Assembly (NCBI RefSeq): GCF_033153115.1
Contig: NW_026889756.1
Span: 4,092,001 to 4,156,000 of the forward strand
Origin: Saccostrea echinata
Taxonomy: Eukaryota
DNA: 64,000 bases
Direction of reading: 5' to 3'
Shown piece after piece: positions 11,901 to 22,800 of the stretch. Every line of letters begins with the position of its first letter. The stretch's first letter is position 1. The notes under the pieces are model-generated. The model saw only the letters and a list, made by a program, of their open reading frames with translations, searched no databases and was not told the DNA's origin. Position numbers and translations under genes: made by a program.

Positions 11901-14900
11901 ACTACAGGTTTTATTAGTAGCTGTGTGTTATTATTTTTGACAGTACCTGATACTACAGGTTTTATTAGTAGCTGTGTTATTATTTTTGACAGTACCTGAT
12001 ACTATAGATTTTATTAGTAACTGTTTTATTATTTTTGACAGTACCTGATACTACAGATTTTGTTAGTAGTTGTGTTATTATATTTGACAGTACCTGATAC
12101 TACAGATTTTGTTAGTAGCTGTTTTATTATTTTTCACAGTACCTGATACTACAGATTTTGTTAGTAGCTGTGTTATTATTTTTGACAGTACCTGATACTA
12201 CAGATTTTATTAGTAGCTGTGTTTTTATTTTTTGACAGTACCTGATACTACAGATTTTATTAGTAGCTGTGTTATTATTTTTGACAGTACCTGATATAAC
12301 AGTTTAATTAGTAGCTGTGTGTTATTATTTTTGACAGTACCTGATACTACAGATTTTATTAGTAGCTGTGTTATTTTATTTGACAGTACCTGATACTACA
12401 GATTTTATTAGTAGTTGTGTTATTATTTTTGACAGTACCAGATACTACAGATTTTATTAGTAGCTGTGTTATTTTATTTGACAGTACCTGATACTACAGA
12501 TTTTATTAGTAGTTGTGTTATTATTTTATGACAGTACCTGATACTACAGATTTTATTAGTAGCTGTGTTATTTTATTTGACAGTACCTGATACTACAGAT
12601 TTTATTAGTAGTTGTGTTATTATTTTTTGACAGTACCTGATACTACAGATTTTATTAGTAGCTGTGTTATTTTATTTGACAGTACCTGATACTACAGATT
12701 TTGTTAGTAGCTGTGTTATTATTTTATGACAAGCTGTGTTATTTTATTTGACAGTACCTGATACTACAGATTTTATTAGTAGTTGTGTTATTATTTTTGA
12801 CAGTACCAGATACTACAGATTTTATTAGTAGCTGTGTTATTTTATTTGACAGTACCTGATACTACAGATTTTATTAGTAGTTGTGTTATTATTTTTTGAC
12901 AGTACCTGATACTACAGATTTTATTAGTAGCTGTGATATTTTATTTGACAGTACCTGATACTACAGATTTTATTAGTAGTTGTGTTATTATTTTTTGACA
13001 GTACCTGATACTACAGATTTTATTAGTGGCTGTGTTATTATTTTTGACAGTACCTGATACTACAGATTTTATTAGTAGTTGTGTTATTTTATTTGACAGT
13101 ACCTGATACTACAGTTTAATTAGTAGCTGTATTATTATTTTTGACAGTACCTGATACTACAGATTTTGTTAGTAGCTGTGTTATTATTTTATGACAAGCT
13201 GTGTTATTTTATTTGACAGTACCTGATACTACAGATTTTGTTAGTAGCTGTGTTATTATTTTTGACAGTACCTGATACTACAGATTTTGTTAGTAGCTGT
13301 GTTATTATTTTTGACAGTACCTGATACTACAGATTTTATTAGTAGTTGTGTTATTATTTTTTGACAGTACCTGATACTACAGATTTTATTAGTAGCTGTG
13401 TTATTTTATTTGACAGTACCTGATACTACAGATTTTATTAGTAGTTGTGTTATTATTTTTTGACAGTACCTGATACTACAGTTTAATTAGTAGCTGTGTT
13501 ATTATTTTTGACAGTACCTGATACTACAGATTTTATTAGTAGTTGTGTTATTTTATTTGACAGTACCTAATACTACAGTTTAATTAGTAGCTGTATTATT
13601 ATTTTTGACAGTACCTGATACTACAGATTTTGTTAGTAGCTGTGTTATTATTTTATGACAGTACCTGATACTACAGATTTTATTAGTAGCTGTGTTTTTA
13701 TTTTTTGACAGTACCTGATACTACAGATTTTATTAGTAGCTGTGTTATTATTTTTTGACAGTACCTGATACTACAGTTTAATTAGTAACTGTTTTATTAT
13801 TTTTGACAGTACCTGATACTACAGGTTTTGTTAGTAGCTGTGTTTGGTGGCCTGTCCCTCCTTGGATCCTATGCTTTCAAGTGAGTCAATGAAAGGAACT
13901 TAAATGCTATCTAATGATTTAAATCATATTTTTTTTAATTTCATAATTGAATCCTATAAACCATTCAGAACAAAGGTCTGAAGTTTTAGATATTATTTTT
14001 TGAATGCAGGTTATAAGACATTAACAGAACAAAATTTAACTTGTCTATGGGAATTAATCAGTGTTACATTGATACTCAACTATTATGTTTATTGACCATA
14101 AAGATTAGTAGTTATCCAAGTTCAATCAAGGGTGTACGGAGATTTACCCCGGGTTGTATTCCATACACCCTAAGGCCGAAGGGTGTATGGAATACAACCC
14201 AGGGTAATATTAGTTACATGGTTTTGTAGTGACAGGGTACGGGATGATACCTGGTTAGTAAATTTCATACCTGGCGAGGCGAAGCCGAGCCAGGTATGAA
14301 ATTTACTAACCAGGTATCATCCCGTACCCTGTCACTACAAAACTATGTAACGAATTTACCCCACCGATGAAATATTTATGTATTGTCTGTGACTTGTAAA
14401 ATTGTTTTTCTCCGCTATATGTTTCATCACTCATACAATGCCTATTATGACGTCACGTTGTTTTACGTAATGTTGTTTTGCGAGTGTTTCATAACGTACT
14501 GACAGTACTGTTTCGAAGACTTTCAGTAAAGTGAGAAAAAGGTTATATCTCGTTACTTACGTTGATTAACTTTTTACTTATCAACAGATACCCGCGAACC
14601 TCGTGCATTTGAGTTGCTCGAAGTGTTACAAAAGAACGATAACTCCGCATCAACCATGTATTGATTTTCAAGCGACTAGGTATAAGTAATACACCCGCTT
14701 CACGTGACAGACTTCAACCAATCGTAAGCCAGGATTTCATCGAAAAATCATCAGAGGTGGGGTAAATCCACGTACACCCTTTATTGGACCTGGATAACGA
14801 ATTTATTTCCTATGTACCCAAATAAATTCTTTGTTAACAAGTCAATCAACTATCGATAAGATCCTACAATGCATTGTGTCGTCATGTTATTTGCTTTTTA

Positions 14901-15877
14901 TCATAGAGAAACTATGCTTGTGACGTCATGTTTTTTACCCCCGGCTCAAGTCTGGTGTACGGAAATTTACACCCGACTTTGTAACCAATCAAAGCTTGGG
15001 TTACAATAGATTGGGAAATAAGAGTACACCTTCTCCCCCATACTGCTGTAGGGACTTTATAACTATCTATTATACACAGATTAACACATAATACTGTGAA
15101 ATCACTAATTTTCATGGGGGGGGGGTAATTTTCGTTGTTTTCAAGGTATGAAGAGACCCACAAATTCATGTCCTCCACAAACTGTTAAAATTATTACCAA
15201 GACAATGCTACACGTCTTCAACCATGAAATCAAATCCCCATGAACCAATATTTTTTCCTCAAACCACAAAAAGTTGACTTCCATGAAAATTAGTGATTTT
15301 ATAGTACTGGAAATCACATTTCATTTATCTTAGCATAATTTAAGTTTGCCACTTTCTCTCCTTTTTTAAAGAAAGTTTTCATTAATGGTTAAGTATCAGT
15401 TTATCATCAGGAAGTGAACTCATTCAAAATATCTACAAATTTAAGAAACAATCTGTTCTCTTCTGATGGCAGTATTTTCCATGATTTTCAGATTCATACA
15501 CAACAATGACAGATCTAGTCTATTGGAGCCTCCTCTTGATTTGTTTGGTGGTAAGTAAAACATGATATATCTAGTCTATTAGAGCCTCCTCTTGATTTGT
15601 TAGGTGGTAAGTACTTTGCCTTGAAATTCCAGTGACCTTTGCTAACCATTTTTTCTGAAAGAAAAAATATTTATCATCAAAAGGTCACAGAAGGGCATTC
15701 ATTTTCCATTGACTGATTTATAGGTGATCAATGTTTTTTTTTTTCTCAGATTCAGGTAAAACACAAAGTGAAGGAGGGAGTAAAAATGCAGACCCAGGTC
15801 AAACATCAGAGAAACACGCACATCGGCGGGGAGGGGCAGGGACAGGGAGACAGAGATACAGAATGGGGAAGTCATGA
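5995..15877 (+). CDS. TPR-domain (HOP/STI1 TPR1-like) protein with two C-terminal transmembrane helices
   Basis: Exons 5995-6009 (MTAEE), 8007-8216, 8380-8448, 8774-8858, 9496-9596, 13810-13880, 15492-15550, 15750-15877 (TGA) are all phase-compatible. Three TPRs (LKNQGNECV, LYSNRSLAF, WAKGYFRKG); hydrophobic segments WIWGGGGVLLGVIVVF and YLILQVLLVAVFGGLSLLGSYAF; basic tail RRGGAGTGRQRYRMGKS. Confidence 0.82.
7106..7201 (-). mobile_element. tRNA-derived SINE-like element
   Basis: Minus strand has A box tagctcagttgg and B box ggttcaaatcc, with a non-tRNA 3' extension. Confidence 0.65.
7328..7885 (+). mobile_element. Hairpin-headed non-autonomous element (Crypton-like)
   Basis: Hairpin with ~60 bp arms at 7328-7468, then ttattatcct, which is the inverse of the right end aggataataa; tgacgtca and accaatca motifs inside. 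Confidence 0.6.
8472..8650. mobile_element. MITE with TA TSD (Tc1/mariner/pogo type)
   Basis: TIR ccgtatatactcgcctataag...cttataggcgagtatatacgg, flanked by TA. Confidence 0.88.
10853..13843 (+). repeat. ~50 bp minisatellite, ~60 copies; unit = 3' splice site + first ~33 nt of exon 6 of the TPR gene
   Basis: Unit tacctgatactacagattttattagtagctgtgttattatttttgacag (49-51 nt); the last copy runs directly into coding exon 13810-13880. Confidence 0.97.
14111..15021 (+). mobile_element. Two nested hairpin-headed non-autonomous elements (inner about 14208-14759)
   Basis: Outer palindrome arms 14111-14150 and 14760-14798 are separated by an inner element with its own ~65 bp-arm hairpin (loop gaggcgaagccga); gggtaa is repeated at both junctions. 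Confidence 0.7.
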
Positions 15878-17070
15878 CAATTTCATCATTATAGAGATAG
15901 GGGTGCAGAACGGGGAAGTCATCGGTACTTGGTAACCATGGAGACAGTTTTCTCTGTGTTAGCTTAGGTTTAAGAAATACTTTCCCTTCTAAGATGTAAT
16001 ATGATGTAAATGAATGTTCTGTATGACAATGAATGTAAAATATGTGAGTGACAATATTTATTGAATTACTCCATGTGTACGGGAGACTAGGGAAAACACT
16101 CTCTGTATGATTCATTTTATTGTTCTGAGTAGGAGAAAAATGGTACATTTGATGTACAATGATTTATATGGCCATGCTTCCCTGCAATATAACAGTCATA
16201 TGTGGTAGACATAAGCAAAGGCAATATACACATCACACACATTCAGTTTTATAATCTCAAAAAAAATCTTTGTTTAAAAATCTGCTTTTTATATCTTCAT
16301 TACGAATGAGAATCTGCATCTTTTTTTTTTTACCTAAATAGATTATTATACATGCTTAATTTTTCTGATGACAACCATTTGCCATTTTCTGTCAACAAAA
16401 TAAATTTTCTTATGCATTCTCACAATGTGCTGGTGATCTGTCTTAGTTTATAACTTTTGATCCAGACCCTATTGAATACTGCAAGGTATCACTCGTTAGA
16501 ATCATATGTGTTGGTCTCCAGATTTGACTTTGTTAAGAGATTGTTAAAGATGGAAGCTTGTTCGGATGTGGAAATATAAAATTCTTCAAGTGCTAAAGCA
16601 TTATGAATTTTAACATGGTGAATATCTAGTATCTAAATTATTTCAATATCATTAGTATGACAAGTGAACTATAGATTTTTGAATACTTTTTTGTTGAATT
16701 TAATTCAGGCATTTTAGCAAATAAATCTTACTGGAACATGTCATGTTATCATTTTGTATTTTTTCGTAAGCATATACAGATATATAATGCATTATGAATT
16801 GAAAGCACCGACAATGTGTATGATGATAATAAAGAATTAATTAGATGTATTTATTACATTATACCTTGTGTTATGTAATTTGAGACATGCATCGTCAAGA
16901 GTGAATCCAATTACATGTTTTTGCAAAGTTTTCTACCCGTAGTGTTCAGTTTCATTTCTAGGGTTCATTTCTCTTGCTGTTTTTATTTGCAACTAAATTT
17001 CTTATGCCTGTTCTGGATGATTCAGTTGTATTTAATTTTAATAATGACATTTTATTTTCGCACAAAATTG

Positions 17071-17076
17071 AATAAA
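17071..17076 (+). terminator. Probable poly(A) signal of the TPR-TM gene
   Basis: AATAAA followed by T/GT-rich sequence; alternative AATAAA sites lie at about 16399, 16720 and 16828. Confidence 0.35.
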
Positions 17077-17334
17077 AAAGTCGAAATATGAGTTTTATTA
17101 TTTTAAATATATACATGTATTTTGTTTGTCAGGAAGTGTATTGTCCAAATACACAATGGAAGAATAGAGGGAGTAGTTAGCATATTACCCCGGTAAAATT
17201 AATATTAATAAATTAACATATTCAAAAGTCAGAGGAAAAGTGTTGTTATAATCATTGATTATAATCCGAAATCAGTGGATTCATGTACATGTATAAATCA
17301 ATTTAATTATACTTTTAAACAATTATTTGAATCA

Positions 17335-17381
<47 letters not shown>

Positions 17382-17426
17382 ATTTTGTCCAGCGTCCGTC
17401 TGTCTGTAAACTTTTCACATTTTCGA

Positions 17427-17473
<47 letters not shown>

Positions 17474-17476
17474 AGT

Positions 17477-17526
<50 letters not shown>

Positions 17527-19167
17527 CTTTCAAGGGGAGATAATTAGGAATTAGTGAAAAAATAATGGCATCATTTAAAAATCTTCTTCTCAAGAACCAT
17601 AGGGCCAGGAAAGATGAAACTCATGTTGAAACATCCTCAGGTAATGTAGATTCAAGTTTGATCAAATCATGACCCCCAGGGGTAGGGTGGGGCCGCAATG
17701 GGGGATCAAAATTTTACATAGAAATATATAGGAAAAATCTTTAAATATCTTCTTCTCAAGAACAGCAAAGCCATGATGAGTCATATTTATCTGGGAGCAT
17801 CATCAGGTAGTGTAGATTTGAGTTTGTTCAAACCATGACCCCCGGGGTTAGGGCGGGGCCACAATGGAGGATCAAAGTTTTACATAGAAATATATAGGAA
17901 AAATCTTTAAAAATCTTCTTCTTAAGAACAACAAAGTCATGGTGAGTCATATTTATATGGGAGCATCATCAGGTAGTGTAGATTCAAGTTTGTTCAAACC
18001 ATGACCCCCGGGGGTAGGGCGGGGCCACAATGGAGGATCAAAGTTTTACATAGAAATATATAGGAAAAATCTTCTTCTGAAGAACAGCAAAGCCATGATG
18101 AGTCATATTTATATTGAAGCATCCTCAGGTAGTGTAGATTCAAGTTTGTTCAAACCATGACCCCCGGGGGTAGGGCTAGGCCACAATGGAGGATCAAAGT
18201 TGTACATAGAAATATATAGGAAAAATCTTTAAAAATCTTCTTCTCAAGAACAACAAAGTCATGATGAGTCATATTTATATAGAAGCATCCTCAGGTAGTG
18301 TAGATTCAAGTTTGTTCAAATCATGACCACCGGGGGTAGGGCGGGGCTGCAATGGACTATCAAAGTTGTACATAGAAATATATAGGAAAAATCTTTTTCT
18401 CAGGAACAGCAAAGCCCAGATTGTTTATATTTATATGGAAGCATCCACAGGTAGTGTAGATTTAAATTTATTCAAATCATGACCCCCTGGGTTAGGGTGG
18501 GGCCACAATGGAGGATCAAAGTTTTACATAGAAATGTATAGGAAAAATTTTAAAAATCTTCTTCTCAGGAACAGCAAAGCCCTGATTGATCATATTTATG
18601 TGGAAGCATCCTCAGGTAGTGTAGATTCTATTTTGTTCAAATCATGACCCCCATGGGTAGGATGGGGCCACAATGGAGGATCAAAGTCTTAAATAGAAAT
18701 GTATAGGAAAATATCTTCTTCTGAAGAACTGCAAACCATGATTAGTCATTTTGATATGGAAGCATCCTCAGGTAGTGTAAATTCAATTTTTGTTCAAATG
18801 ATGACCCCCAGGGGTTGGGTTGGGCCCATTGGGGGATCGAAAGTTTTACATAAGAACATATAGAAAAAATATGTCTTCTCAAGAACAGGAAAGCTATGTT
18901 TAGTCATATTGGTATGGAAGCATCCTCAGGCAGTGTAGATTCAAGTTCAAATGATGACCCCTGGGATAGGGAGGAGCCACAATGGGGGATCAAATTTTAC
19001 AAAGGAATATATGGGAAATTTTTTTAAAAATCTTCTCAAGTACAACAAAGCCATTTGTTATATTGACATGGAAGCATCATCAGGTAGTTTAAAATTCAAG
19101 TCCCCCCCCCCCCCCCGGGTAATCTTTTCAATACTGAACTGATTTGTGCTTTTGCCTAGCCAGTGTG

Positions 19168-19202
<35 letters not shown>
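17335..19202 (+). mobile_element. HINE (CvA/Cg170-like) with ~9-10 internal 156-166 bp satellite units
   Basis: 5' tttttagctcacctgagc, cgtccgtctgtctgt microsatellite, tandem units (gtagattcaagtttg at 17647, 17978, 18134, 18300 and others), 3' subterminal inverted gctcaggtgagc plus hairpin ggcccatgggcc, T-rich insertion site. Confidence 0.9.
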
Positions 19203-19206
<4 letters not shown>

Positions 19207-19805
19207 TTTCATCAACAAGGTATATTTTTAGAATGCAGGATTCCAGTCAGAGATATTTAATTCTAGTACTCTAAAAAGGTACTCTGATAAGCCACATCTT
19301 TTTTAACTATACTAGGGGTACACTTAATAATAATTATTCCCACACATATGAAAGCCTTTATTCATACATGTTTTAATTATTTTTCTCAGGTTAAACTTAT
19401 TTGAGCAAGAGATAAATCTCTCTGCTTAGAATTTTAAATTAATATACAAATAATTTGTCAATTTTCTTCTTCAAAGAATTCTCTCTTACTCCTTCCAAAT
19501 AGAATATAAGTACTGGAAATTTACAACAAATATGCACAAAACGTAGATCCACCACTTGATTCAACAAATTCCATTTATATCCGTGTCGGAATATTTACAC
19601 TATGATTGCAGTCTTATGAACGCTTGCTAGTGATATCAGTATACTCGGGACTGTCAAGCGTAATTTTAAACAAGATTATCTGTCAAGATTTTCCTTTTCG
19701 ATGACAATGAGTCAAGTTTATTGAAAGAAACAACATAAAAAAACATCGATTTCCCCAAAAATGAGAATTTAAAAATTAGTGGATTAGATTAAGCTATTTA
19801 CAGAG

Positions 19806-22800
19806 ATGGCAGGTGTTGAACAAGTTTTGAAGCAGGCATTGAGCAAGGTAGGTTCTGAAGGATGTAGATCTATCCCCGTTTTCCCTATTTACTGATAAAA
19901 ATTCAGGTGTCTGTGGACTAATGGTATAGCAGGTGGGGAACAGTGTTGGCCAGACTGGGAATGGAACCCAGCGCCTCCAACTATCCATGCTGTTGCTGGA
20001 TTAAACAACTATTCAGCAACTGGGACATAGTACTCAATCCCCTTTACTCTCTTCCCAAATTTTCCTTGAGGTTTTTCCACCCTGGAAACTCGCCGAGACT
20101 CCTCTACTAGGACCATAAGTAAGTCAATAGATATAGTTTAGAAGACTTAGTTAATAATAACAACAATGACAAATTACAAACGTTGGCTAATCATAATTTT
20201 TTCCAAATTCTTTCTAAAAATAGGTCAAGATGGTGACAATTTAACATGAAACGGTAGGCTATTCCATAGATATACACCTGAATATTGAAGAGAATTTGTA
20301 AATAGAACTGTTCAATGATTTGGTAATTGAAGATTATAATTTATTTGTGAAAGCAATGAACAGGAATCAGAGGTATGAAAAATAAAAAGATCCTGGAGAT
20401 ATTCACGGCTCATACCATAAAAAGTTTTATACAATGAAATACACTTATGAAACATAAATAACTCAAATACATTTAAACATTCTAGTTTTTCAAACAAGGG
20501 CTTTGACGGTTGGTCAGGTGCTGCATCAAGAATAATTCTAGCAGCCTAATTGTTTCTGAAGTTTATGAATTCTTTCAATGTTAGATTTAGACGCATTACC
20601 CCAAACCTCAAGAATAGTTTATTGGAGGCAAAATTTATGCATTATAGAACATCAAACTCTGGTTCATTTAGACACACAAGTCCTTCAAGGTAATGATCCC
20701 TGAAGTGTTGGAATATATGACTTATCTATGGGCCAACCTGTCTTATGTCTTGGGCCGACCTGTTCTTGAGTTTTGGGCTGACCTGTCTTATATCTTGGGC
20801 CGACCTGTCTTATATCTTGGGCTGACCTGTCTTATATCTCGTGCCAACCTGTCTGAGACTTTTTTGTCATTGGGCCTAAATGTTTGCGGGCCGAGGTGTC
20901 GTTTTGCTGAGGTGTCTGACATTCTGTGCTCTACCTCTGAGTAGATGATCAGATGCCCTACTATTGACAGATCTATGAACCTAATCCCCACAATAATTAC
21001 ATTCAAGGTTTTCCTCTAACAACTTTGGACCAAGAAAAATTCATTTTTATTGTAGTTATATATAGATAGACATGATAGAATTCTCATGCAGCATAGTTTG
21101 TAATACATTGTTTATTACTGGTCTTATCCACAGTACAAGTATGCGGACATTGCAAAGAGAGATGTAACCAACGCCATAAATCAGTTTAAAGATCTCCGCC
21201 CAACACATGACTGTTTTAGTAAGTCAAAGTTCCATTCTATTTGTCAAATGATTTTACAGTATTAATGTACAGGATTGTAAAACACTTAATTAATGTATTC
21301 CTTTTTTTCTAATGGTTGGATACAGCATATATATAAAAATAAAGGAGGCAGTTTTCAGTAAATAATTAGAAACTTTTTTTCTTTGTTTGATCATGTTGAT
21401 GGTAATTTTGATTATTTATTAATTAATTTGCAGCTTTCAATGATGGCACAAGAAAAGATCTGCTCAATTTGGATGGAACAATACCTGTCCAATATAAAGG
21501 TATCAGGGGTAGACAAATAGAATTTTTCAGTACTTGCCCTCGGACAGGTTACCATCGTAAAATTACTTGTCCTACCAAAAAATATGCTTGTCCCACTTTT
21601 TCTTAATTAACATAAAATTAAAGCATTATCGTTAAACATTAAATATTTCTCAACTGATACACTACATGGGGACCAAACTAGACATAAAATTACTTAATTT
21701 TTTGCACGGAAAAATTTAGGGGTATGTCTTGTTCCAGGGAGATTTCTTGTGCAGTGCGCATAATTTAAACTTTTCTCTGTATTACTTTAACATCCCAAAA
21801 ATACTGAAAGATAGAAAAAATTTTTTTTGAATATTATAAAGTATTTGATTATGAAAACCACCACTGCATGTCGATTGTGACTTTCAGTGATCGCCAGTCA
21901 ACAGCTCCAATTTTAATATCAGTATAACACGTTTGTACTCACGGCATGAATTTTTACATTATTTTTTACAATACCTAAAAAGGTCTAAAAATCCACTTCA
22001 ACTTTTTTAATGGAATCGATAGCTGCTATGTTTTACGTCCTGTGTGTATTTTGACTACACATAAATGGGTAAATTCTAGAGGAGTTCCGACCGAGTATTC
22101 GATGTAGTAATGAACAGCAGCGAAAAACAGGTGCTCTACTGTGATTCATTACATTTCAACAGCGATAAAACAAACAACATTTGATTTTTTGTTAAATGGA
22201 GAAGCACTTGTCCGCGGGCAGGTACCACTTATCAAATAACTTGACCGCCAAACAAAATTGGTTGTCCCGGGCGTCGGGCAATGCTATTTGTCTAGCCCTG
22301 GGTATATGTTAACCCATACTTATCCTATATATACATGTTATAGGTACATGTATCTAGTACGTATTTTATGTTAACAACAATATACCTGTCCATATAAACT
22401 AAAAGGTATAATGCAGTGAAACTCTTGCCTAATCCAGATGTTGTATTCTAATAGGATGTAAACTTTAAGTCCCCTGTAGTAAATTCAGTTGTTTAAAATG
22501 TTTTGTAAATGGGATTGTTGTCTAATCTGCCTAATTTCTTTGGAACCAGTGGATTATACAAGTTTTACTGTATATAAATATTAACACTGTATTATAACTA
22601 TGTATGTCAAATATAAATGTGCTATTATCATTTATTATAGATACATGTAGTGGCTTTAGGTAGTAATTTTATCATTCTGAGCCTTTCTAGGGGTGAAACG
22701 ATATGCCTTCTTCACGGTTCGATACGTATCGTAAAATTTGGTCTCGGTTCGGTTATTTTCGATACGATACATTTTGATAGAAGGAAACAAGTTCAACTGT

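Noticed and set aside
10853-13843. CRISPR-like array or repeat-encoded protein (ORF 11784-11999)
   Set aside because: Units are contiguous with no unique spacers and the context is eukaryotic; the ORF arises from a few 51-nt units in a non-exon frame.
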